A DNA stretch of 64,000 nucleotides from an uncultured Dehalococcoidia bacterium (GTDB lineage: Bacteria; Chloroflexota; Dehalococcoidia; Bin125): the NCBI GenBank assembly GCA_964347635.1, contig CAYFZI010000001.1, positions 29,322-93,321 of the forward strand, in the 5' to 3' direction. The notes below the pieces were generated by a model. The model was given only the letters and a program-made list of their open reading frames with translations. It was not told the DNA's origin and ran no database searches. Positions 46,955-56,503 of the stretch are shown here, piece by piece; the first letter of the stretch is position 1, and every line of letters begins with the position of its first letter. A program made the translations under genes and the position numbers.

Positions 46955-49461
46955 GCGCCGGTCGACGGGTCGGCTGACGGGTTGGCGGATGCGTCTGCGG
47001 CGCTGGCGTCCGCGCCGCCCAGTCTAGCCGCGGGGCGCGGTTGGTCGGACCAGCGCGGCTGCAGCTGCAGGCGGCGGGGGCGTTCGCGCTGAATCGCGCC
47101 GCGATCGCGCAGCAGCGGCAGGCGGCGGCCCTGCAGCCAGGCGTCGGTCATCGCGCCGGCCGGGTGCAGCGCGTCGCTCGCCTGCTCGCCGGCGAGTACA
47201 AACTCTGCTTGGGGCGGATCGGTCAGTTCGACGATCAGCCGCAGGGCGGGGATCGCAGTCGCCGGTTGGGCGGGGTCGAAGCCCAGCACACCCGATTGCG
47301 CGATGCTGTCCGCGTCGCCGCCGAAGGGCCACGGCCCGGCGCTGAGCAGCGCGCCGATGAAAGGCGCTTCGGCGAGCGCGTGGGGCAGCAGCAGCGGACG
47401 GCAGGCGCCCCACGTCCAGGCGCCGCTGTCGGGCCCGAAGCGGCTCTGCAGCTGGCTGAGCGCCTCTCCGAATGCGCTTGCCAGATCGGCGCCGGCGCGA
47501 TCGCGGTGCGCTGCCAGGCGCTGCAGCACCCACGAGCCGGCGCGCGCACCGAACAGGTCAAGCGTTGGAATCGCTAGCAGGCCGCCCAGCAGCTTGCCCG
47601 CATCGGCGCCCAGAATCTCGCGCAGCGCCGCGCGGCGGTAGGCGGCGAAGCTCAGCGCGGCGAGCGCGGCGGGGCGCGAACGCGGCGCCATCGCGCCGTC
47701 CCAGGCCGCGATCTCCGCAATCAGCGGCGAGATGCGTGCGCGGTCTGCGCCGCTGCCGAGATCGGCCTCGAGCAGCTGCGCGGCGAAGGCATGGAGCGGG
47801 CCGGAGTATTGATCGAGCTGCATTGCGGCAGAGCGTTCGCGGGTCTGCGGCGTCTGATCATCATCGAGCAGCGCGCCGATCCGCTGCGCGCGCCAGGCGT
47901 CCAAAAACTCCGCGCCGAAATTCATCGCGCCGGCCGGCGTGAGCGGATTGTTGGCGCTGACGACGATTCCGCCGGCTCCGTTGGCCGGCTCAAGCGTGTG
48001 GGGCAGATCGTCGCCGCGCAGCACCGCGCGGGGCGCGCCGCCCTCGGCGGGCGGCAGCCAGCCGGGCACCGGCAGCCGCAGCGCCTGCGGCTCGCCGGCG
48101 GGCACGGCGCCGGAAACGCGCAGGCCGATCGCGCCGCTGCGATCGGCGTAGGCGAAGGCGAGGTTGAAGTCTTCGATCTGCTTTGCTGCGGCCGAAAAGC
48201 TCTGCCAATCGGCCGCCTGCATCAGCTCGACGATCGCCGCGCCGCTCTGCGTCGGCTCGAGCACCGTGGAGTACAGGCTGATCGCGCGGTTGGGCTCGAA
48301 GCGCGGCGCGCGGTCGGCGGCGAGCAGCGCGGAAACAATTGGCCCGTGCACGCTGCGGCGCAGCTCCAGCGTCTCGGACGGGTGGCCGCGCACGTCGATC
48401 CGTTCGCTGCTGCATTCGAGCGGGGCCCAGCCCTCGGGCGTGCGCGCGGCATCGCCGTCTGCGTTGAGCTGCTCGACCACGGCGATCTGCATCGCCTGCA
48501 TCGCGGCGGTGGGGCCCCAGGCGATCTGGTCGTTGCAGCCCCACACGATGCCCGGGAGGCCGGGAATGGTGGCGCCCGCGGCGTCGAATTCGGGGCAGTG
48601 CAGATGCGCGAAGTAGGCGTGCGGCGGCGTGACCGGGTTGAGGTGCGGATCGCAGGCGAGGATCGGCCGGCCGCTTGCGGTGCGGCGGCCGGCGATCGCC
48701 CAGTTGTTGCTGGCCGCGCCGTGCAGCCCGAGCAGCTTGCTGAGGCCCTGCAGCGCCTCGTCGAGCGGCTCCGCGAGCCGGCCGTAGGCGGCCTGCGGCG
48801 GCGTCGCCGCGGCAGCGTCGCTGGGCAGAGGCGGATCGAGCGCCTGCAGCGCTTCGGGGCCGGCCTGCTCATAGATGCGCGCACGCAGCAGCTGCTGCTC
48901 CCAGGCCGGCGCGAGCAGAAACGACAGCAGCTTGCCCCAGGCGATCGAGTCCGTTGCCTGCCAGGGCTGCATCCGATCCTCGAGCATCACCGCTTCGAAG
49001 GGTGTCGGCGTCCGCGCGGCGCCCGCGTTGATCCCGGCGATATAGGGCGTCAGCTCGCCGCGCTGATGCTGGCCAGTCGCGTCCCAGGCCTCGCGGGCGA
49101 CTCGGCCGAAGCCGAGCGTGCGGGTCAGCCGGTCGGCGGGCAGCGCCGCCGGGCCGGCGATCCCGGCCAGCCGTCCCAGCGCCGCGCGGCGGTTCCAGCG
49201 CAGCTGCCAGAGCCGATCCTGCGCGTGCACGTACCCGAGCGCGAAGAGCGCATCGGGGACTGAACCGGCGAAACAGTGCGGCACCCCCCAGCGGTCGCGG
49301 ATGATCTCCAGCGGTGCATTGATCCCGGAGACGGTTTCGCGCCCGCGCCGCTTCGCCCGCGCGCGCCAGGGCGCGGCCTCAACCGCCAGCGCGCGGAGCA
49401 GCCCCGCCCCCCGCCGCAGCGCCAAGGCGGGGGCGCGCCAGACATCGTTCATCAGCTGCAT
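46951..49461 (-). CDS. Penicillin amidase / acylase family (Ntn hydrolase, S45) protein
   Basis: GINAPLEIIRDRWGVPHCFAGSVPDALFALGYVHAQDRLWQL (alpha subunit). The SNNWAIAGRRTASGRPILACDPHL site is the catalytic N-terminal Ser of the beta subunit. Start at the internal ATG (MQLMNDVW). The stop overlaps the downstream crotonase start by 4 bp. Confidence 0.85.
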   Translation of the reverse strand: MQLMNDVWRAPALALRRGAGLLRALAVEAAPWRARAKRRGRETVSGINAPLEIIRDRWGVPHCFAGSVPDALFALGYVHAQDRLWQLRWNRRAALGRLAGIAGPAALPADRLTRTLGFGRVAREAWDATGQHQRGELTPYIAGINAGAARTPTPFEAVMLEDRMQPWQATDSIAWGKLLSFLLAPAWEQQLLRARIYEQAGPEALQALDPPLPSDAAAATPPQAAYGRLAEPLDEALQGLSKLLGLHGAASNNWAIAGRRTASGRPILACDPHLNPVTPPHAYFAHLHCPEFDAAGATIPGLPGIVWGCNDQIAWGPTAAMQAMQIAVVEQLNADGDAARTPEGWAPLECSSERIDVRGHPSETLELRRSVHGPIVSALLAADRAPRFEPNRAISLYSTVLEPTQSGAAIVELMQAADWQSFSAAAKQIEDFNLAFAYADRSGAIGLRVSGAVPAGEPQALRLPVPGWLPPAEGGAPRAVLRGDDLPHTLEPANGAGGIVVSANNPLTPAGAMNFGAEFLDAWRAQRIGALLDDDQTPQTRERSAAMQLDQYSGPLHAFAAQLLEADLGSGADRARISPLIAEIAAWDGAMAPRSRPAALAALSFAAYRRAALREILGADAGKLLGGLLAIPTLDLFGARAGSWVLQRLAAHRDRAGADLASAFGEALSQLQSRFGPDSGAWTWGACRPLLLPHALAEAPFIGALLSAGPWPFGGDADSIAQSGVLGFDPAQPATAIPALRLIVELTDPPQAEFVLAGEQASDALHPAGAMTDAWLQGRRLPLLRDRGAIQRERPRRLQLQPRWSDQPRPAARLGGADASAADASANPSADPSTGA

Positions 49462-49608
49462 CCGCTGATCGTACGCGCTGCGCCGCTCCCGCCCGATCAC
49501 CGCCTGATATCTGCAGCCCTGCACCTGCGGCTCTGTATCTGCAGCTCGAGTCGCCCCATACACTGGCGCCCGCCGAGCACCAGCAGCCGAGCGGGCGGGA
49601 GATGCGCA

Positions 49609-50388
49609 ATGGACCTGGGATTGAGCGGCAAAGCGGCCCTGATCACGGGCGCCTCAGAGGGCATCGGTCTGTACTGCGCCCTCGCTCTCGCTGCCGAAGG
49701 CGCCGACGTGGCCGTCTGCGCGCGCCGCCCCGATGTGCTGGCCGCGGCGGTCGAAGCGATCGGCGCCGCGGGCGGCGGCCGCGTGTACAGCGCGGCGGCC
49801 GACCTGGGCGAGGCCGACGCCGCTGAGCGGGTGGTGGCCGGCACCGTGCGCGCGTTTGGCCGCCTGCAGATCATCGTCAACAACATGGGCGTCTCGCTGC
49901 GCGGCGAAGGCGATGACGTCTGGCAGCAGATGTTCGAGCTCAATCTGATGGCCGCGGTGCGCACCACGCGCGCGGCGCTGCCGCATCTGACCGCCGCGGC
50001 GGCCGGCACGGGCGCGGACAGCAGCAGCGTGATTCACATCGGCTCGATCTTCGGGCGCGAGGCGGGCGGCTCGGCGCAGTACAACGCGGTGAAGGCCGCC
50101 GTGCACAGCCACGCCAAAGCGCTGGCGCTGGAGCTCGCGCCGCGCAACATCCGCGCCAACGCCGTTGCGCCCGGCTCGATCGCCTGGCCCGGCAGCCGCT
50201 GGCAGCAGCGCTACGACGCCGATCCCGAAGGCATCCAGCGCAGCGTGCTGGATGGAATCGCCTTCAACCGCTTTGGGCGGCCCGAAGAGGTCGCCGATGT
50301 GGTCGCGTTTCTGGCCTCGCCGCGCGCGTCCTGGGTGACGGGCGCCTGCCTCAACGTCGACGGCGGCCAAACGCGCTCTAACATTTAG
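49609..50388 (+). CDS. SDR-family oxidoreductase
   Basis: Rossmann TGASEGIG, NNMG, and the catalytic YNAVKAA (YxxxK). Confidence 0.88.
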   Translation: MDLGLSGKAALITGASEGIGLYCALALAAEGADVAVCARRPDVLAAAVEAIGAAGGGRVYSAAADLGEADAAERVVAGTVRAFGRLQIIVNNMGVSLRGEGDDVWQQMFELNLMAAVRTTRAALPHLTAAAAGTGADSSSVIHIGSIFGREAGGSAQYNAVKAAVHSHAKALALELAPRNIRANAVAPGSIAWPGSRWQQRYDADPEGIQRSVLDGIAFNRFGRPEEVADVVAFLASPRASWVTGACLNVDGGQTRSNI

Positions 50389-50414
50389 CCCGCAGCCCGG
50401 CGGGAGGCGCAGCA

Positions 50415-50894
50415 ATGGCAGACGAACAGGCTCGCGAGCACGCGCGGCGGCAGCTGGGTGCGGCCCCGGTGCGCGCCTTCGAGACGATCGGGCCGCGCCT
50501 GTTCCGCCCCCTCGCGGGCGGCGCGGTCGGCGCCGCGATCGTGGTGCTCTTCCTCAGCCTGCGCGGCGGCGCGCCGCTCGAAGCCGTCGACGAGCTGACC
50601 GGCACCCAGCGCGGCGGCTGGAATCGGCTCGAAGATGTGCACCTGCTGATCGTGGTCAACGCCGCTGTGGTGGTTGCAATCGCGGTCAACTTCGCCGCCG
50701 AATGGATCCATCACTGGCTCGCCGTCGCCCTCGCCGGCCTGACCGCCGGCATTCTGCTGGCCGTGCGCCAATTGGGGGATGTGGGCGGTACCGGTTCGGC
50801 GGTGCTGCTGGTGCTGATCATCATCAGCGTCGCAGCGATCGCCACAATTGCAGCCTGGGATGTGCTGCGCGTGGGCAGGCGCAGCGGGTATTAG
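50415..50894 (+). CDS. Hypothetical integral membrane protein
   Basis: Three to four hydrophobic helices. No family recognised. Confidence 0.5.
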   Translation: MADEQAREHARRQLGAAPVRAFETIGPRLFRPLAGGAVGAAIVVLFLSLRGGAPLEAVDELTGTQRGGWNRLEDVHLLIVVNAAVVVAIAVNFAAEWIHHWLAVALAGLTAGILLAVRQLGDVGGTGSAVLLVLIIISVAAIATIAAWDVLRVGRRSGY

Positions 50895-50988
50895 GCGTCG
50901 AGAGCTGCACGCCCTTGCGTGCAGCTGAGCCGCAGCGTTGGATTTCGGGCCTCAGCCGCAGCAGCGCCGGCCGCGCTGCGCTCGGCCG

Positions 50989-51375
50989 TTAGTCCTCCGT
51001 CAGCTCCGTCACGCTGTCGCGGCGCGTGATCGCGAGGTGCGACATTGGCGAGCCGGTGTCGCCCGCGCCGTGCCAGTGATCCTCGCCGGCCGGGATGATC
51101 ACGAAATCGCCGACGCTGATCGTGTGCTCGCCCTCGGCGTTGCCGACCTTGCCGATCCCGGAGACCACGTACAGCATCTGCTCCGATGAGTGCGTATGCC
51201 TTTTGGTGCGGGCGCCGGCGCCGAATTGCACTACGGCAAGGTTGAAGTCGGCGTCGTCGCCGCCCTGCTGGCCGCCGATCGCGCCGGCCAGAGCGCGCAC
51301 CCACACGTCGCCGCCGCTGAAGATCGGCGCCTGGGCCTGGTTCGTCTCGCCGTCCGATGCGTGAGTCACGCGCAT
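50989..51375 (-). CDS. Cupin-domain protein
   Basis: Cupin motifs (HTHSSEQMLYVVSGIG...GDFVIIPAGEDHWHG). ATG at 51375. Confidence 0.75.
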   Translation of the reverse strand: MRVTHASDGETNQAQAPIFSGGDVWVRALAGAIGGQQGGDDADFNLAVVQFGAGARTKRHTHSSEQMLYVVSGIGKVGNAEGEHTISVGDFVIIPAGEDHWHGAGDTGSPMSHLAITRRDSVTELTED

Positions 51376-51406
51376 GCCGCTGCTCCTCCCGGTTGTCTGG
51401 CTGTGC

Positions 51407-52072
51407 TTAGCTGTTGGCGGAAATGAACGCTTGCACGCGCGTCCAAGCGTCGGCGCAGGCTTCCTGGTGGTCGTCGTAGCTGCGGTCAAAGAACGAGTGC
51501 GGCGCGCCCTCGTAGGTGATGAACTCGTTGGCGGTGCCGCGCGCGTCGAGCGCCGCGGCGAACTTGTCGACCTCAGAGCGCGGGATGCCGTCGTCGGCCC
51601 CGCCCATCAGGCCGAGCAGCGGCGCCGAGACGTCGTCCACCCGCCCCAGCGGCGAGGCACCGCCGTTGAGGCCTTCGCGCGTGGGGTGGCCGTAGAACCC
51701 AATCGCCCCGCTGAGCCCGTGCCCGGCCGCGGCCACATCGGCGGCGATCCCCTCCGGCGAGGTGCTGCGCACGTGCGGCCAGAAGTCGAACTCGGCATCG
51801 CGCTTGCCGACTCCGTCGGTGCGGCCGAAATAGTCGATCGCGACCGCTTCGACGCCCGCCTCGGCGAAGCGCACCGCCAGCTCTTCGTAGAAGTGGAACA
51901 ACCCGCGCACATCGGGCAGTACGACGATGGCGGGGCCGCCGGCCGTTTCGGCGCGCGCGCGGAAGGCGGCGAACTCAACGCCGTCGGAGGCGGTCAGGGT
52001 GAGATCCTCAACATCAACCGCCGCTCCCGCAATCGGCGGGACGGCGGGCAGGGCTTCGTAACGGTGGCACAT
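51407..52072 (-). CDS. Dienelactone hydrolase family protein
   Basis: The DLH fold with IGFYGHP and the C-terminal ...GAPHSF region. Confidence 0.75.
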   Translation of the reverse strand: MCHRYEALPAVPPIAGAAVDVEDLTLTASDGVEFAAFRARAETAGGPAIVVLPDVRGLFHFYEELAVRFAEAGVEAVAIDYFGRTDGVGKRDAEFDFWPHVRSTSPEGIAADVAAAGHGLSGAIGFYGHPTREGLNGGASPLGRVDDVSAPLLGLMGGADDGIPRSEVDKFAAALDARGTANEFITYEGAPHSFFDRSYDDHQEACADAWTRVQAFISANS

Positions 52073-52269
52073 ACTGCGTCCTCTCTGAGCACGGTGCAGG
52101 ATACGGCCTTGCCGGCTCGGTGTACCGCCTCGCCCTTCGTGTCAATAGGACACGAAGGGGCATCTTGGCCCGCAGGCGGGGAGGGGGGGCGTGCGTACAG
52201 GTTCCCGCTGCGCCGGCTTCTGTTCTGAGCCGCCCGACTGCTGGCGGCTGGCTGCATGCGAGGCAGTCC

Positions 52270-53511
52270 CTAGATCACGCCTTCCGCGCGCAGAGCGGCG
52301 CGTTCTGCGCTGCTCAGGCCGAGCAGTTCGCCGAAGATGTAGTCGTCGTGCTCGCCGCGGTTCGGCGTCGGGGCGCGCAGCGCCGCGGGTGTGCGCTCCA
52401 TCTTCCAAGGCGCACCGACGTAGAGCGCGCCGCCGCGCGCGGGCGCGGCAGCCTCCGCCGATAGGTCGATCGCGGCCGCCGTCAGCGCGGCGAAATCGGG
52501 GTCGACCAGCAGGTCGATCGGGCTCATCAGCGGAAACGCGGGGATGCCTTCGCTCTGCAGCAGTTCGGCCAGTTCGGCGGCGGCGTGTTGGCGCGTCCAC
52601 TCGCCCAGCGCGGCGTCGAGCGCGTCCTGGCTGTGCAGCCGATTGAGCGCGCGATCCCAGCGCGGGTCGTCGAGCGCCGGCTGCGCGAGCCCGCGCAGGC
52701 GCGCCCACTCGGCGTCGCTGCGCACCACAATCGCCAGCCAGGCGTCCTCGCCGCGCGCGGGGTAGACGCCGTGCGGCGCCAGCCCGGCTGAGCGGTTGCC
52801 CTGCGGCCCGGCGTCGCGCTGGTTGAGCAGATAGTCCATCAGCGGCTCGGCGGCGCGCTGCAGCGTCGCCTCGCCCTGCGCGAGGTCGATGAACTGCCCC
52901 TCTCCGCTGCGCTCGCGGTACTCGAGCGCTGCCAGCACCGCCGTAAAGGCGTGCCCGGCCGCGGTCGGGTCGAGGTCGGCGGTGTCCTCGCGCGGCTGCG
53001 GATCGTCCGGGTAGCCGAGCAGGCTCTTCAGCCCGTACAGCGCGGCCAGCGACGGCCCGTAGGTGACGAGGTCGCGCCAGGGGCCGTCGGTCGCGCCCGC
53101 GGCCGAGAGCGAGGCCATGATCAGCCGCGGGTTGACGGCGCGCAGCGTCTCCCAGTCGAGTCCGAGCGCAGGCATCACGCGCGGCGCGAAGTTGTCGAAC
53201 ACGATGTCCGACACGGCGATCAGACGCAGGTAGAGCTCGACCCCGCGCGGGTCGCCCAGGTGCAGCGCGATGCTCATCTTGCCGCGGTCGAGCCCGTGAA
53301 ACGCGCGCGGATCGTCGATCGCCGTCGTGCCGCGGTCGCCGCCCAGCGATCCGACCGGCGACTGCCGCCCGCCCATCGAAATCCCCGACTGCCGGTGCGG
53401 CGGCCCCACCTTGATCACCTCCGCCCCCAAGTCGGCCATCATCATTCCCAGCAGCGGCCCGGCCCACACATGGCCGTGATCGATGACCCGAATACCCTCG
53501 AGCGGCGGCAT
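52270..53511 (-). CDS. CoA-transferase family III (CaiB/BaiF) protein
   Basis: MPPLEGIRVIDHGHVWAGPLLGMMMADLGAEVIKV N-terminus plus the overall CaiB fold. The track ORF carries a 93-aa Arg-rich artefactual extension. Confidence 0.85.
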   Translation of the reverse strand: MPPLEGIRVIDHGHVWAGPLLGMMMADLGAEVIKVGPPHRQSGISMGGRQSPVGSLGGDRGTTAIDDPRAFHGLDRGKMSIALHLGDPRGVELYLRLIAVSDIVFDNFAPRVMPALGLDWETLRAVNPRLIMASLSAAGATDGPWRDLVTYGPSLAALYGLKSLLGYPDDPQPREDTADLDPTAAGHAFTAVLAALEYRERSGEGQFIDLAQGEATLQRAAEPLMDYLLNQRDAGPQGNRSAGLAPHGVYPARGEDAWLAIVVRSDAEWARLRGLAQPALDDPRWDRALNRLHSQDALDAALGEWTRQHAAAELAELLQSEGIPAFPLMSPIDLLVDPDFAALTAAAIDLSAEAAAPARGGALYVGAPWKMERTPAALRAPTPNRGEHDDYIFGELLGLSSAERAALRAEGVI

Positions 53512-53659
53512 GGGGCAGATGCTAGCGGCCGGCTTCACCGTTCCACTCCCCTTGCCCTCTTGTATGCGGAGGGGGGCTGAGTGCGGGCGTTGTGCGCCAG
53601 CTGTCGGCCGCCGAGCAGCTGCGGTTGATTCAGGTACCCTCAGCAGGCGGGAGCGCGCG

Positions 53660-54490
53660 ATGCAGGTCACATTCTGCGGCACCGGTGCGGGCGGATCGAT
53701 CTCCCGCCGGCGGGCCAACGCTTCGATCCACCTGGCGCACGGGGAGGCGCGGCTGCTGCTCGATTGCGGGCCGGGCTTTCTGGAGCGCATGGTCGAGGCG
53801 GGGCTGAACCCCGACAGCGTCGGCAGCGTCGTCTACTCGCATCTCCACTTCGACCACGCGATGGGCATCGTCGATCTGTTCTGCCGCTTGCTGGTGCGCA
53901 GCGGCCCCCCGGTCACGGTCTACGGACCGCGCGGCAGCGACGCCTACATCGAGGCCGCCCTCGGCTTCGCGCGCCAGAACGTGACGCGTCCGTCGATGCA
54001 GGAATGGCTCGACGGCGTGCGCGTCGAACTGACGCGGCCCGGCGACGAGCGCGAGATCGGCCCCTTCGCGGTGCGCTCCCTGGAAGTGCCCCATGCGCCC
54101 TACCTCGAATGTCTCGCCCGCCGCTTTGAGCTGGGCGGGCGCTCGCTCGTCTACAGCGGCGACACCCGCTACGCACCCGACGTGCTCGTTCCCCTCGCCG
54201 ACGGCGCAGACCTGCTGATCCACGAGGCCTACACCGACCGCGCGATCGACCGCGCCGCGCAGCAGGCGGGTATGAGCGAGGCCGCGCGCGAGCGGATGCG
54301 CGCCGCGATCGCCGCCACCCACTCGCAGGCCGAGGAGGCAGGCTGCATCGCCCGGGCCGCGGGCGTGAGGCGCCTCGTGCTCACCCATCTGCTCAGCAGC
54401 GAAACCGAGCAAGAGCTGCTCGCCGCGGCCGGCCGGGAGTTCGACGGTGAAATCAGCGTTGCCGCCGATGGATTGGCCTTCGAGGTCTGA
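53660..54490 (+). CDS. MBL-fold metallo-hydrolase
   Basis: HLHFDHAMG metal-binding motif (HxHxDH). GGGAG RBS. Confidence 0.8.
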   Translation: MQVTFCGTGAGGSISRRRANASIHLAHGEARLLLDCGPGFLERMVEAGLNPDSVGSVVYSHLHFDHAMGIVDLFCRLLVRSGPPVTVYGPRGSDAYIEAALGFARQNVTRPSMQEWLDGVRVELTRPGDEREIGPFAVRSLEVPHAPYLECLARRFELGGRSLVYSGDTRYAPDVLVPLADGADLLIHEAYTDRAIDRAAQQAGMSEAARERMRAAIAATHSQAEEAGCIARAAGVRRLVLTHLLSSETEQELLAAAGREFDGEISVAADGLAFEV

Positions 54491-54494
54491 TCCC

Positions 54495-54854
54495 GTGCAG
54501 GTACGCGAACTGACGCTGATGATCGGCACCGAGCAGCCCGCCGCGCTGGCCCGCTTCTACGGTGATCTGCTCGGCCTGCCGCGCGTCGAGCGCTTCGCCG
54601 ACCCGGTCTTCGAGGCTGCCGGCGGCTTCATCCGCATCCTCGGGCATTCGGAGATCGCAGGGCCGACGCGGGAGCCGGCGCGCCTGCAGATCAACCTGTT
54701 CGTGGATAATGTAGCGGCGGAGTTCGCCAGAGTGCTGGCAGCGGACGGTTCGATCGATGTGCATCGCGCCCCCGCACGTGAGTCGTGGGGCGGCCAGGTC
54801 GCGACCCTGCGCGACCCCGACGGCAACTTCGTGCAGCTGCTGGAGATGCTGTAG
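54495..54854 (+). CDS. Glyoxalase/bleomycin-resistance/VOC-family protein
   Basis: VOC-fold motifs. GTG start immediately after the upstream stop. Confidence 0.65.
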   Translation: MQVRELTLMIGTEQPAALARFYGDLLGLPRVERFADPVFEAAGGFIRILGHSEIAGPTREPARLQINLFVDNVAAEFARVLAADGSIDVHRAPARESWGGQVATLRDPDGNFVQLLEML

Positions 54855-54972
54855 GCAGACTGTAGTCAGAGGGGTGCGCCGCCCGCATTCGGCGGCCGCC
54901 GCGCAGCCGCTGCACGGCGGCCCGCTCCGCCAGCGGGCAGGCGGTCAGCGCGGGCGGCGGGCATCCTGCTGC

Positions 54973-55785
54973 CTAACTGTCGTCGGCCGCGATCATCTCC
55001 ATGTCTTCAGCGCCGAGCGCGTCTAGCTCGCCGCGGCGGTAGGCGTTGTAGAGCTGGAACAGCTCGCGCTTGTGCGGGCGCTTGCGCCCGATCGGGCAGG
55101 CCTCCCAGTCCTCGTAGGTCTCATCGCAGTAGCCCATGCGCCGCTCGCCGCACTTCGGCTGCAGCGCGCGGCCCAGCTCGGGCGCGGCCTTGACCACCGC
55201 GGCGCGCATCAGCGAGACGACCTTGCGGAACTCCCACTGCGCGCGCATGCAGAGCCGCAGATCGGCGATGTGCAGCAGCGAAGCGAAGTTGACCGTGATT
55301 TTGAAGTTGGTGCTGGTCGCGTTGGGCAGCAGAAAGCGCGCGTCTTCAGCGGGCACGCCGGCCGCGACCATCTTCTCGTAGAGCGCTCCGGCCTCCGCGA
55401 ACAGCGCCGCCATCTCACCGCCCAGCCCGGCCCGCTCGACGGTGCGCGGAACCGTGTAGGGAAACTCGCCGCTCTTATACGTCACGTAGCGCTGCGACTG
55501 CTGCTCGAAGGAGATGCCGATCCGGTGCCGCACAAACTGGTGCGAGAAGGCGCGCGAGACGCCGCTGATCCCGAACTCGAAGACAACCTGTTCAAGCGGC
55601 GAGATATGCCCCGTGAGCAGCCGCGCCTCGACGAATTCGAGCATCTTGGCCGGCGGGATGCGTTCATCAGCGATCCGCGCGAGCACCTGCTCAGGGGTGA
55701 GCGCCGAGTAGCAGACGCGGTACGCCATGTAGAGCGCCCGAATCGGGTCTTTGGTGTGGTCGATCAGTGTGACCCGGATCGCCAT
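54973..55785 (-). CDS. thyX: FAD-dependent thymidylate synthase
   Basis: ThyX motif HQFVRHRIGISFEQQSQRY (RHRxxxxxQxSxRY). Confidence 0.93.
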   Translation of the reverse strand: MAIRVTLIDHTKDPIRALYMAYRVCYSALTPEQVLARIADERIPPAKMLEFVEARLLTGHISPLEQVVFEFGISGVSRAFSHQFVRHRIGISFEQQSQRYVTYKSGEFPYTVPRTVERAGLGGEMAALFAEAGALYEKMVAAGVPAEDARFLLPNATSTNFKITVNFASLLHIADLRLCMRAQWEFRKVVSLMRAAVVKAAPELGRALQPKCGERRMGYCDETYEDWEACPIGRKRPHKRELFQLYNAYRRGELDALGAEDMEMIAADDS

Positions 55786-55964
55786 CGGGTGCCCCCTCGC
55801 ACTATGCGGTCAGTTTGCCTCCTAACTACTCTGCGAGCCGGGCGACAAATAGAGGTCAGACGGGAGACAAAAAATCGAAGGGAAACACAGCCGAGAGCGT
55901 GCCCCGCTCTCCACTGTCCCTGGTGCCGCCGATCCGCCGCGTTCGCCCGAGCCGCGGGGCGGCC

Positions 55965-56390
55965 CTAGTTGAACGTGGTTTCGATCCGTGCGCTGGCGTC
56001 GAAGAAGTCCTGCAGGGTCTGATTGAAGCGGTAGAACAGGTCGCGCCGCGTGTAGTCCTCGCCTTTGGCCAGTTCTTCGGGGCTTTCCAGGTCGATCGTG
56101 TTGAGCGTGTGGTGCAGGTCGGCGTGGCCGTTGGTCTGGATGTTCTCCAGCATCTCCCGCCAGCGCTCCGGGGCCATCACCAGCGTGAAGTCCAGATCGG
56201 CGTCGTTCGGGTTGTCGGAGATGTCGGCGATTTCGGGGATCTCGTAGCCGTCGAAGACGACTTTGATCGTGCGCTCTCCGACATTCACGCCCATCGCGCA
56301 GTCCATCATTCCGAAGTCGTGCCAGTGCGGATCGTCGAGCACCTGGTCGCGCAGCGCTTCGAACCAGTCGACTGTGGGAAACGCGGGCAT
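55965..56390 (-). CDS. Hypothetical protein (141 aa; possibly SCP2-like)
   Basis: Internal ATG (MPAFPTVDWFEALRDQVL...). The track ORF has a 105-aa Arg-rich extension. Family assignment is weak. Confidence 0.45.
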   Translation of the reverse strand: MPAFPTVDWFEALRDQVLDDPHWHDFGMMDCAMGVNVGERTIKVVFDGYEIPEIADISDNPNDADLDFTLVMAPERWREMLENIQTNGHADLHHTLNTIDLESPEELAKGEDYTRRDLFYRFNQTLQDFFDASARIETTFN

Positions 56391-56503
56391 CGTGGCTGTC
56401 CCCTCATCATGCGGCGCACCGGACCCGACTGCGGCGTGCGCCAAGGCAGTGCTGACGTAATGGTAAAACAGGCCGCGCCTAATCGCGCCTACCGCCGGCG
56501 CGC

